Shown: positions 46,382 through 57,594 of the stretch, one piece after another
How the letters are laid out: every line of letters starts with the position of its first letter
Position numbering within the stretch: position 1 is the stretch's first letter
DNA from: Acidobacteriota bacterium
GTDB lineage: Bacteria; Acidobacteriota; Thermoanaerobaculia; UBA5066
Direction of reading: 5' to 3'
DNA length: 64,000 bases
NCBI GenBank assembly: GCA_029567505.1
Contig: JAKPXO010000228.1
Coordinates: 3,376-67,375, forward strand
Made by a program: the position numbers and the translations under genes
Notes under the pieces: generated by a model
What the model was told of the DNA's origin: nothing
Database searches by the model: none
What the model saw: the letters and a program-made list of their open reading frames with translations, nothing else

Positions 46382-47962
46382 GTGACGCGCTGGCCCGTTC
46401 GTCTCGTCGCCGCGGTCCTTCTGGCGGCGCTGCTGCCGCCGGCCGTCCTCGTCTGGCTCTCCTTCCGCCTCGAGCGGCGGGCCCTGCGCGACGACCTCGA
46501 GCGCCGCGCCCGGTCGGCCGCCGCGCTCACCGACGCCCTCCTCTCGAGCACGGAGGGCCTCCTTTCACGGCTCGGAACGGACTGGGACGGAGGCTGCGGG
46601 GCCGAGACCGCGGAATCGCTCCGTTCCGCGCTCGAGGTCGGAGCCGGCGTCCGAGGCGTCGCGCTGCTCGACGCGGAGCTCCGCCCCGTCTGCGTGGCCG
46701 GGACGGCGCCGGTGCCCCCGTCGCCGTCCGTCCGGGGAGCGCTCGGCCGCGACGCGCGTGCCGTCTGGGAGGCCGGGGCGCCGGGCGGCCTCATCCGCCT
46801 CGCGCTGCGGCTCCCGGAGGGTTCGGCCGAGGCGGCCCTCGACGCCGGGCCGATCGCGCGCGCTCTCACGGAGCTCGCGGGGGGCGGCCGGGACGCCGTC
46901 GAAGTCCGGGGCGTCGCCGGTCCCGTCCTCTCCATCCCCGCGGCTCCCGCCTCACGGCGCCTCGCTTCGCCGTTCCTCCTCCTCCTCGGTTCGCTCGTCG
47001 GCGCGCGGGACGAGACCGCTGTCGCCCCCTGCGCCGGCGGGGGCGTCTCCGTCCACCTGTACGCCCGCCGGGAGGCGCAGCTCGCCGCGTGGGGAGAGAC
47101 CCTCCCGCTTCTCGTCGCGATCGGCCTCGGCTTCGGCGCCGGCGCCGCCGCGCTCGTCCTCCTCGCGGGATCGCCCGGCGCGGCGCTCACGCGCCAGCTG
47201 CGCGGAGCGCTCCGGCGCGGCGAGCTGGAGGTGAGGTACCTGCCGATCGTGGACGTGTCGTCCGGTCGCTGTGTCGGCGCCGAGGCCCTCCTCCGGTGGC
47301 GTCACGCGCGGGAGGGGCTCCTTTCGCCCGACCTCTTCATCGCGCTCGCCGAGGAGACGGAGCTGATCGTCCCGATCACGGAGTGGCTCATGCGACGGGT
47401 CGCGCGGGACCTTCCCGGCGGTCTCCGCGAGCCCGACCGCTTCTACGTGGCGATCAACCTCGCCGGGGCGCACCTGCGCGATCCCGGGACCGTGGCGGCC
47501 GTCCTGCGCGCGTTCGCGGGCTCGCGGCTCGGGCCGAAGGGCCTCGTCTTCGAGGTGACGGAGCGGGAGGTGATCGACGACGTGGACGGGACGGCCCGAA
47601 ACGTCCTCGAGGCGCTCCAGGGGTGGGGCGCCACGATCGCTCTCGACGACTTCGGCACCGGCTACTCGAACATCGCCACGCTGCGGCGCTTCCGTCTCGA
47701 CCACCTGAAGATCGACAAGAGCTTCGTCGAGGGGATCGGCACCGGCTCGGTCGCCGAGACGGTCGTCGACACTCTCGTCGAGCTGGGACGGAAGCTCGAG
47801 ATGACGGTCGTGGCGGAGGGTGTCGAGCGGGAGGAGCAGGTGGAGTACCTCGTCGAACGAGGCGTCCGCCACTTCCAGGGGTACCTCTTCTCGAAGCCCC
47901 TCCCCCTGAAGGAGCTCGTCGCGTTCGTGAACGAACGGGCGGGCGGCCCGGTCGTCAGCTGA
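46382..47962 (+). CDS. Membrane-anchored c-di-GMP phosphodiesterase: periplasmic Cys-containing sensor domain plus EAL domain
   Basis: N-terminal TM, periplasmic segment with conserved cysteines (DGGCGAE...PVCVAG), second TM, EAL domain (GAEALLRW, DDFGTGYS, KIDKSF). Confidence 0.75.
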   Translation: MTRWPVRLVAAVLLAALLPPAVLVWLSFRLERRALRDDLERRARSAAALTDALLSSTEGLLSRLGTDWDGGCGAETAESLRSALEVGAGVRGVALLDAELRPVCVAGTAPVPPSPSVRGALGRDARAVWEAGAPGGLIRLALRLPEGSAEAALDAGPIARALTELAGGGRDAVEVRGVAGPVLSIPAAPASRRLASPFLLLLGSLVGARDETAVAPCAGGGVSVHLYARREAQLAAWGETLPLLVAIGLGFGAGAAALVLLAGSPGAALTRQLRGALRRGELEVRYLPIVDVSSGRCVGAEALLRWRHAREGLLSPDLFIALAEETELIVPITEWLMRRVARDLPGGLREPDRFYVAINLAGAHLRDPGTVAAVLRAFAGSRLGPKGLVFEVTEREVIDDVDGTARNVLEALQGWGATIALDDFGTGYSNIATLRRFRLDHLKIDKSFVEGIGTGSVAETVVDTLVELGRKLEMTVVAEGVEREEQVEYLVERGVRHFQGYLFSKPLPLKELVAFVNERAGGPVVS

Positions 47963-49592
47963 TCCCGACGATCTTCCCGTCGACGAGGTCGATCCGCTCC
48001 GCCTGAGGAACGGAGGGGAGCCCCGGCATCCGCAGGATGTCGCCGAGGAGCGGCACGAGATAGCCGGCGCCCGCCGCGAGGAGGACGCCCCGGACGGTGA
48101 CGTCGAACCCTTCGGGACGGCCGACGACCCCGGGGTCGTCCGAGAGCGACATCTGGGTCTTCGCGACGCAGAGCGGCAGATTCTCGTACCCGAGGCGGGC
48201 GATCTCCGCGAGGTCGCGCTCCGCCTCCCGGCTCCACTCGACGGACGACGCGCCGTACATGTGACGGGCGATCTTCGCCAGCTTCTCCTTCGGCGGGTCC
48301 TCGCGCGCGTAGAGCGGCCGGAACGGGCTCGACTTCCGCTCCGCGTGGGCGAGGACCGCCTCGGCGAGCGCGACCGCTCCCTCGCCTCCCCTCTCGAACG
48401 CGTCGCAGACGGCGAACGGCGCGCCCCAGCCCTCCGCGGCGCGGCGGACGACGGCGACCTCCTCCCCGGAGTCGGTCGCGAACCGGTTGAGCGCGACCAC
48501 CGGCACCTCCCCGAACGCGCGGATGCTCTCGAGGTGCTTCGCGAGGTTCGGCAGGCCCCGCTCGACGGCGGCCGGATCGGGCGTCGTGAGCCCCTCCTTC
48601 GAAACGCCGCCGTGCCGCTTCAGGGCCCGAACGGTCGCCACGAGGACGACGGCGGCCGTGTCGAGGCCCGCCCCGGCGCACTTGATGTCGAAGAACTTCT
48701 CCGCGCCGAGGTCGAAGCCGAAGCCGGCCTCGGTGACGACCCAGTCGGCGAGCGAGAGCGCCGTCTTCGTCGCGATCACCGAGCTGCAGCCGTGGGCGAT
48801 GTTCGCGAACGGGCCGCCGTGGACGAACGCCGGCACCCCCTCGCCCGTCCGGACGAGGTTCGGAAGGAGCGCGTCGCGCAGGAGCGCGAGCATCGACCCC
48901 GCCCCTCGCAGGTCCCCCGCCGTGACCGGCTCCTTCCCGAACGTCAGCGCGACGACGATGCGCGAGAGGCGCGCGCGCAGGTCCTCCGCGTCCTCGGCGA
49001 GGCAGAGCGCGGCCATGACCTCGGAGGCCGGAGTGATGTCGAAGCCGGTCTCGCGCGGCACCCCCTGGAGGACGCCTCCGAGGCCGATGACGACGTGGCG
49101 GAGCGCCCGGTCGTTCACGTCCAGGACGCGGCGCCAGAAGACCCGCCTCGGGTCGATCTCGAGCCGGTTCCCGTGGTGGACGTGGTTGTCGAGGAGCGCC
49201 GCGAGGAGGTTGTGAGCCGAGGTGACGGCGTGGAAGTCGCCCGTGAAGTGGAGGTTGATGTCGTCCGAGGGGACGAGGCGTGCCCGGCCTCCGCCCGTCG
49301 CGCCCCCCTTCATCCCGAACGTCGGCCCGAGCGAGGGCTCGCGGAGCGCGACGCTGGCGCGCGCGCCGATCCGGGCGAGGCCCTGGGCGAGGCCGATGGA
49401 GGTCGTCGTCTTCCCCTCGCCGGCGCCGGTCGGCGTGATCGCCGAGACGAGGACGAGCCGGCCGCGCTGCGTGAACCCGGCCGGCGACGGGAGCACCTTC
49501 GCCTTGTCGTGGCCGTACGGGACGAGGCGTTCCGGCGGAAGGCCGAGCGCGGCGGCCGCTTCGGCCAGGGACGGGATCGCGGGCTCGGGCAT
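47955..49592 (-). CDS. fhs: Formate--tetrahydrofolate ligase
   Basis: 545 aa. TPTGAGEGKTTT P-loop and full-length FTHFS similarity. Overlaps the convergent EAL gene end by 8 nt. Confidence 0.9.
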   Translation of the reverse strand: MPEPAIPSLAEAAAALGLPPERLVPYGHDKAKVLPSPAGFTQRGRLVLVSAITPTGAGEGKTTTSIGLAQGLARIGARASVALREPSLGPTFGMKGGATGGGRARLVPSDDINLHFTGDFHAVTSAHNLLAALLDNHVHHGNRLEIDPRRVFWRRVLDVNDRALRHVVIGLGGVLQGVPRETGFDITPASEVMAALCLAEDAEDLRARLSRIVVALTFGKEPVTAGDLRGAGSMLALLRDALLPNLVRTGEGVPAFVHGGPFANIAHGCSSVIATKTALSLADWVVTEAGFGFDLGAEKFFDIKCAGAGLDTAAVVLVATVRALKRHGGVSKEGLTTPDPAAVERGLPNLAKHLESIRAFGEVPVVALNRFATDSGEEVAVVRRAAEGWGAPFAVCDAFERGGEGAVALAEAVLAHAERKSSPFRPLYAREDPPKEKLAKIARHMYGASSVEWSREAERDLAEIARLGYENLPLCVAKTQMSLSDDPGVVGRPEGFDVTVRGVLLAAGAGYLVPLLGDILRMPGLPSVPQAERIDLVDGKIVGIS

Positions 49593-49662
49593 CGCTCCCT
49601 CCTCGAGCCGGGAGGCGACGGCCTGCCGGCCCTCGTGAGTATGGACCCGCGGCCGGGACGGC

Positions 49663-50487
49663 TCAGGTGAAGCCCTGGAGCCTCTTCAGCGCGGCGACTT
49701 TGAGAGCCATGCTCGTCGCGGCGCCGCGCGAGATGTTCCTCACCTCCGACTCGGGGAGCGTCGGGAGGATCCGGAGGGCGAACGCGGGGGGCGTCTTCGC
49801 GTTGTGGACGAGCGCGACGCGCACCTCGAGGTTCGAGAACCACTGGGTCGACTTCATCATCGCCTCGGCGGTCTGGAACGTCAGGAACGGCGACTTCGCG
49901 ATCCGGATCACCTCGTCTGCGGTGAGGCGCGGGTTCTTCAGGAGGGAGTAGAGGACCTGCGGGTCGCTGTCCTGGGCGAGGATCATCCGCTCGACGCGGT
50001 CCGCCTTCGCCGCGAGGAGGAGCTTCTCGACGCGCGTCAGGCCGCGAAGGCGGTCCCAGACGCTCTCGCGGACGGCGGTCTCCTCCGCCTCCGCGACGTC
50101 CTCGAGGACCTCCTCTCCGGGCTCTTCGGGAGCGTCGCGGAGCGCTTCGGCGAGGGCGGTGGCGTCTCCGTCCACGTGAAGGGCGTAGCCGTCGGGGAGG
50201 GGGGCGACGACGGTCGCCGTGGCGGGGACCTCGCCGCCTCCCGCGAGCCGGAGGACGAGGGTGAGCTTCGAGAAGATCGCGAGCCTCTCCCGCGTCGGGA
50301 GCCTCAGGCCGCCCGCGGAGAGGTTCGTCCGCGCCTCGGCCTCGAGCTCGGCCTCGGCCTCGAACTCGACCGTGAACGCCGCGGGGCCGGTCCTCTCGGT
50401 TCTCACGCGCCTTCTCTCCCCGGAGAGTGTAGGCCGGCCGGCGGTCGCAGCGGCCTCAGCGGATCCCGCGGAAGGAGACGGCGACAT
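49663..50487 (-). CDS. PilZ-domain protein with a C-terminal helical-repeat region
   Basis: RRRVRTER...NLSAGGLRL matches the PilZ RxxxR / D/NxSxxG c-di-GMP-binding motifs. The start may be internal, because the listed start overlaps the upstream gene by 32 nt. Confidence 0.5.
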   Translation of the reverse strand: MSPSPSAGSAEAAATAGRPTLSGERRRVRTERTGPAAFTVEFEAEAELEAEARTNLSAGGLRLPTRERLAIFSKLTLVLRLAGGGEVPATATVVAPLPDGYALHVDGDATALAEALRDAPEEPGEEVLEDVAEAEETAVRESVWDRLRGLTRVEKLLLAAKADRVERMILAQDSDPQVLYSLLKNPRLTADEVIRIAKSPFLTFQTAEAMMKSTQWFSNLEVRVALVHNAKTPPAFALRILPTLPESEVRNISRGAATSMALKVAALKRLQGFT

Positions 50488-51937
50488 TGCGCAGGCCCGG
50501 CGCGCCGCGCAGCGGCGTCACGGCCGTGACCTCCGCCGCATCGTCGAAGAAATAGGGACGGAGCCCATCGGGAAGCGCCCCGTCCGGAAGCGCGAAGTGA
50601 AGCGTCGCGGGCCGGCCGTGCAGCTCCTGGGCGACGAGATACGAGACGAGCGCGTGCTCGGCCGAGTGGTAGCCGTTCTTCCAGAGGTGCTGCTTGGCGC
50701 CGCGCCGCTCGGGACGGTCCAGGTCGATCCAGCTCCAGACCTCGCCGTCCTCGTGGTCGACGAGCCGGTCGAGCCAGCAGGTCCAGGTCCTCTCGAGGTA
50801 GCCGGTGTATCGGCGGTCCGTGAGCGCGAGCGTGGCGGCGGCCTGGTCGAGCTCGGCGGCGGTCCACCAGGTGACGCCGGCGTCGAGAGAGCCGTCGGGC
50901 CGGAGGCCGGTGGCCCAGCAGCCGTGCCGCGGGAGAAAGGCCCTCTCGAGGAGGGCGGGAAGGCGCTCGCGCGCCCACGCGGAGAGGGCGGCATCGCCGA
51001 GGAGCGCGCCGGTCCTCTCGATCATCCAGAGCGCCTTGACCGTGTGGCCGAAATCGGTGTGGCGGGCGCCGGGTCCCCGCTCCACGGGATCGTGGAGGGA
51101 GCCGTGGAAGAGGCCGAGCTCCTCGCTCCAGAAGCGGTCGATCAGGACCCTGGCGATCCGCGCGAGGTCGGCACGCAGGCGCGAGCGGTGCGGCTCGGGG
51201 GCGAACGAGGCGAGGAGGAGGGCGTAGGCGTTCACCTGGTCGAGCTGGGCGACGAGCTCGACGCGCGCCGTCTCGCCGCCGACGCCCCCGGCCGCCCACC
51301 GAAGGAGGCCGCGCTCCGGGTCGTCGTAGCGGTCGAAGGTCCCCTCGTAGAGGAGGAGCGCGTCCGCGAGAACGTCCGGGTCGCGCGTCAGGTAGGCCCA
51401 GAACGCGAGGCCCAGGTTCGCGTAGGCGAGGTCCTGCGAGCTGCGCGCCGGGACGGGAGGCCCGGCGACGCCGTCCTTCCACCACGACACGGCGCTCCGC
51501 TCCGCCCGGTCGAGCGCGTGCGCGCGGAGGTGGTCGACGCCCGCCTTCGCGAGCGCGAGGTAGCGCTCCTCGCCCGTGAGGTGGAAGGCGACGCCGTAGA
51601 AGAACGTCTGGCGGGAGCGCATCCGCGTGTACTCGACTCCGAGGCGCGAGGAGACCCAGGGGCCCGCGACGAGCATCTCGCCGCAGGGGAGCTCGGGGTC
51701 GACGAGGCTCCCGTCGTCGCAGCGGAACGTGGGGAAGGCGCCAACCGGCGAGCCGAGGGCCTGCGGCGTCAGCCAGAACGGGGCGAGGTCGCGCGAGAGG
51801 TGCTCGACCCATACCTTTCCCTCGGGGAGCGCGGCCGGAGCCGGCTCGAACCGCCCCTTCCCGCAGCCGGCGGCGAGGCCGGCCGCGAGGACGAGCGACG
51901 CGAAAGGGCTCGTGACGAGGCGACGCACGGCGATCAC
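50456..51937 (-). CDS. Lipoprotein of the N-acylglucosamine 2-epimerase (AGE) / six-hairpin glycosidase-like superfamily
   Basis: Lipobox LAAGC. Alpha/alpha-toroid-like repeats with conserved W/H/E positions typical of AGE-family enzymes. Confidence 0.6.
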   Translation of the reverse strand: MIAVRRLVTSPFASLVLAAGLAAGCGKGRFEPAPAALPEGKVWVEHLSRDLAPFWLTPQALGSPVGAFPTFRCDDGSLVDPELPCGEMLVAGPWVSSRLGVEYTRMRSRQTFFYGVAFHLTGEERYLALAKAGVDHLRAHALDRAERSAVSWWKDGVAGPPVPARSSQDLAYANLGLAFWAYLTRDPDVLADALLLYEGTFDRYDDPERGLLRWAAGGVGGETARVELVAQLDQVNAYALLLASFAPEPHRSRLRADLARIARVLIDRFWSEELGLFHGSLHDPVERGPGARHTDFGHTVKALWMIERTGALLGDAALSAWARERLPALLERAFLPRHGCWATGLRPDGSLDAGVTWWTAAELDQAAATLALTDRRYTGYLERTWTCWLDRLVDHEDGEVWSWIDLDRPERRGAKQHLWKNGYHSAEHALVSYLVAQELHGRPATLHFALPDGALPDGLRPYFFDDAAEVTAVTPLRGAPGLRNVAVSFRGIR

Positions 51938-52985
51938 GGCGGAGGTCCGGCGCCGAGATTAGCAGCGGCGAGAGGGCCGAACGCGAGCGCCCGGTCCGCC
52001 TTGCCGAGGGGGAGCGCCTCCACGAGGAGCGCGCCGACCGCTCCCGTCTCGAGGAGGAAGCCGTCGTGCCCGCTCTGCGAGGCGAGCTCGCGGTACTCGG
52101 CTCCCGCGGCGCGCGTCCAGCGGAGGACCTCCTCGGGCGGGTAGAGCAGGTCCCCGGGAATCCCGACGCCGACCAGGCGCCCGCGGAAAGGGCGGAGCGC
52201 GGCCTCCACGCTGCCGCGTCCGCGCCCGACGTCGTGCGAGTCGATCGCGTCGAGGAGCGTCCGGTAGGAGCGGGCCGTGAAGCGGCGGGCGAGCTTCTCC
52301 CCGTGGTGGTCGAGGTAGCCTCGGACGGGGCAGGGCCCGGCTCCGTCCGGGCGGAATCGCTGCTCCAGCTCGAGAGGCGTCCGGTAGGTCAGCATCCCGA
52401 CCATTCGGGCCAGGGCGAGGCCGGAGCGCGGCGCCGCCTCGATCGCCGTTCGGTGGACGTGGTTCCACGCCGAGCCCCACGCCGTCGGGGAGGCGGGGGC
52501 CGCGAAGACGATCGCCGCGCGGGCCGCGTCGGGGCGCGTCGCGCAGAGCTCGAGCGTCACCATCCCGCCGAGGGAGCCACCGGCGACGAGCGCGAGCCTC
52601 TGCACGCCGAGGGCGTCGAGGAGGAGAGAGGCGAGGCGCGCCTGGTCACGCGTCGTGATTGAGAGGGGCGTCCTCCCGTGCTCCGTGCCGCGGTGGAAGC
52701 GCGTGCCGTAGCAGGAGCCGAGAAGGTTCGGGGCGAGGACGGCGCAGCGGCGCGTGTCGATCGGCAGGCCCGGTCCGACGAACGGGCGCCAGCCGCCGAG
52801 GTCGGCCGGGGAGCCGGTGAGCGAGTGAAGGAGGAGGACGACGTTCGACCCTTCGGCGTCGACCTTCCCCTCGAGGCGGAACGCCTGCCGCACGTCGCGG
52901 AGCGTCTCGCCCGACTCGAGCGTGAAGTCGCCCGCCCGGTGCTCCGAGTGGCCGGCCGAGAGGGCCGCGGCGTCGGGCGGGCCGT

Positions 52986-52989
<4 letters not shown>
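51934..52989 (-). CDS. metX: Homoserine O-acetyltransferase
   Basis: Alpha/beta hydrolase, GGSLGGM nucleophile elbow, MetX-type N-terminus (FTLESGETL.DV..A....G). Start overlaps the upstream stop. Confidence 0.8.
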
Positions 52990-55198
<2,209 letters not shown>

Positions 55199-55360
55199 TC
55201 ACATTCGCCGTCCCGCCGCGTACCCCGACTCCTCCTGCGAGAGCAGGGAAGAGCCGCACATGGGCATCGACATGGACATGGCGAGGACGCAGGCCGGCAG
55301 GCACGCACCACCCGCGACGAGCGTGCTCGCGAGCGAGCGCGGGGCGGCGGAGCGTTCCAT
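55199..55360 (-). CDS. Met-codon-rich leader peptide (53 aa) upstream of the metY-aspartokinase-metX operon
   Basis: MERSAAPRSLASTLVAGGACLPACVLAMSMSMPMCGSSLLSQEESGYAAGRRM*. It is the C-terminal part of ORF-track entry 55199-55687. Five ATG codons within 8 codons, in DNA where ATG is rare. Confidence 0.5.
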   Translation of the reverse strand: MERSAAPRSLASTLVAGGACLPACVLAMSMSMPMCGSSLLSQEESGYAAGRRM

Positions 55361-55481
55361 GGCGCGGCAGGGTACGGGAAGGGACCGGGGCGTTGTCAAG
55401 CGAAAAGCGGAGGAGCCGGTGCGGTCGCCGTCCGATCGGGGCGCGGACGGGAGGGGGCGCCGCCGTGCCGGTCGGCGCTCG

Positions 55482-56603
55482 TCAGGTCGCGTCGAGAGCC
55501 TTCGCGAGGCGCTGCGACCAGCGCTCGTCGTGGACGACGCGCGCGAGGGTGGCGGTGCGAAGCCGCTTGAGAGGGTCGAGGCGCCGGAGCGCGAGCCGAT
55601 AGGAACGGCCCGCGGGGCCGCTCTCCTCGGCCCGCGTGAGGGCGAGGCCGCGCCGTCGAAAGTGAAGTGCCGCGAGGTCGGCCCCAATCTCCGCGCGCGT
55701 CCCCCGGAAGACGTAGGTCGCGGCGGACGGTCCCGAGAGGAGCTCGAGGACGACGCGGCCCCGGACCTCGGCGAGGAGGAAGGCCGCCGTGTTCACCGGG
55801 AGCTCCGCCTTCGCCGCGAGACTCCCCTCGTCCGGGTCGAGCAGCTCGGCGAGGCCGATCGACGCCGCTTCGCGCCCGGCGCGACGGACGATCTCCCGGG
55901 CGCCGTCGAGCCGCTCGGCGGCGCTCCAGGCCTCGAGGAGCCGCTCGAAGTCGCTCGCGAGGGCGGGGGCGGAAACGGCGCGCCCATCGGCGAAGAGCCG
56001 GGTGCCGGAGGCGTTCGCGCAACGCTCCAGCATCGCCGCGCGGGCGGCGCGGACCGAGCGCGCGAACGCGTCGGTCCGGCGCGCGAGACGACCGAAGTGA
56101 AAGGGGCCGCCCGGAGCGTCGAGGACGACCTCCCAGGTCCCTTCGGTGAACCTCACGTCCGCCACGCCGCCGAGCGGCACCTGGAACGAGTCGGCGCCGG
56201 CGGGGACCACGGCGACGTGCGTCGGCCAGACGAGGAGCCGGGCCTCGCGCGCGGGGCCCGGCTCCAGGAGCGCGCCGTCGAACGCCTCGGGAACGCCGAG
56301 GCCGTGGGCGAGGAGGCCCCGAATGCGCGCGGAATCGCGGGCCTCTCCGAGCGCCTTCGCGAACGTCTCGTGACGCCGGGCGAGCATCGAGATCCGCAGG
56401 GCTCCCGCGGGATGGAGGCCGAGCGTCAGGACGCGCCGCTCGTCCGTAAGGACGTCCACGTCGAGGAACTCGACCCGGAAGCCGCCGACCGAGACGCCCT
56501 CGTCGTCGATCCGGGCTTCGCCCTCGCCGTGCGCGGGCGCGTCCGCGATCCCCTCGGTCTCGAACGCGCAGAGGGCGCGCCGCGTCTCCTCGACGCCGCT
56601 CAC
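55482..56603 (-). CDS. Uncharacterised 373-aa protein (no family recognised by eye)
   Basis: Balanced amino-acid composition, unlike the overlapping Arg-rich plus-strand ORF. Immediately downstream of, and slightly overlapping, the zinc-ribbon gene. Confidence 0.5.
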   Translation of the reverse strand: MSGVEETRRALCAFETEGIADAPAHGEGEARIDDEGVSVGGFRVEFLDVDVLTDERRVLTLGLHPAGALRISMLARRHETFAKALGEARDSARIRGLLAHGLGVPEAFDGALLEPGPAREARLLVWPTHVAVVPAGADSFQVPLGGVADVRFTEGTWEVVLDAPGGPFHFGRLARRTDAFARSVRAARAAMLERCANASGTRLFADGRAVSAPALASDFERLLEAWSAAERLDGAREIVRRAGREAASIGLAELLDPDEGSLAAKAELPVNTAAFLLAEVRGRVVLELLSGPSAATYVFRGTRAEIGADLAALHFRRRGLALTRAEESGPAGRSYRLALRRLDPLKRLRTATLARVVHDERWSQRLAKALDAT

Positions 56604-56616
56604 GTCGCGGCCCCCG

Positions 56617-57264
56617 TTAGGAGAAGCGGCCGCCGCACTCGGGGCAGAACTTCGGGCTCCCGTCCGCCTCGGTGCCGCAGGTGACGCACTTCTTCTTCGT
56701 CGCGAGGGGCTTCCCGCAGTCGCCGCAGAACTTCCCTCCCTGCGTCTTCGCCCCGCAGTGGGGGCAGACGGCGCCCGTCACCGTCGCGACGTCGCGCTGC
56801 TTCATCCAGTCGACCTCGCGGGCCTTCTGCTGGACCTGCTCGCGCGCGGCCTCCGCCTGGGCGGCCGCCATCTCCTCGTCGAGGTCCGGCGCGCAGCCCT
56901 CGCAGAGGCCGGCCTTCTTGTTGAAGCAGGCGGGGCCGCAGACCCACTGCCCGCAGCGGGTGCAGTGGATGAACAGCGGGCGGATCTCGGCGACGGCGTC
57001 CTTCAGGGCGGCGTCGTGCGCCGGGCCGCCGACGGCCCGCTGCACCTCGTAGGCGCCGTGGGCGGCCCGCCCGAGGAGGCCGCCGAAGATGTTGCCGGCC
57101 GCCTGGAGCGCCGAGGTCGCCATCCCGAGCTTCGACGCCTTGAAGCTCGACATGTAGCCGTTCCCGCACTTCTCGCAGAAGAACTTGAACTGATAGCCCT
57201 TGTCGGTCGAGAGGTCCTCGTAGTTCCCCGTGAACTCGATCGTGGCCACGTTCCCTCCGGTCAC
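56617..57264 (-). CDS. Multi-zinc-ribbon protein (six or more CxxC pairs)
   Basis: 215 aa. CEKCGNG, CTRCGQWVCGPAC, CEGC, CPHCGAK, CGDCGK, CVTCG, CPECGGRF. Confidence 0.65.
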   Translation of the reverse strand: MTGGNVATIEFTGNYEDLSTDKGYQFKFFCEKCGNGYMSSFKASKLGMATSALQAAGNIFGGLLGRAAHGAYEVQRAVGGPAHDAALKDAVAEIRPLFIHCTRCGQWVCGPACFNKKAGLCEGCAPDLDEEMAAAQAEAAREQVQQKAREVDWMKQRDVATVTGAVCPHCGAKTQGGKFCGDCGKPLATKKKCVTCGTEADGSPKFCPECGGRFS

Positions 57265-57594
57265 TTGGTGAGCGGGGGATTATCGGCCAGAACCCGGCGG
57301 GGCGCGACGAGGCTCCTTTCGCTGAGCCCGCGGTCCAGAACCTGACCCGGTGAACGAGTTCGACCCTGGTATCGGGTCAGGGATCGACCCCATGCGCGCC
57401 CTTTCGATGCCGTTGCCCCCACGCTCTCAGCGAGACCGGGCGGCGCGCGGGCCGCACGGAATGCAGGTTCGCTCGTCGTCAGGCAGCCGGGACGCCGGCT
57501 GCGCCCCGGCCTCGGACCACGGCACGACCGTTGCGAAGCACGACCCGAATCTCATCGAGACGGTCTTCGACCGTATCCGGGCTGGAGGGACTGC

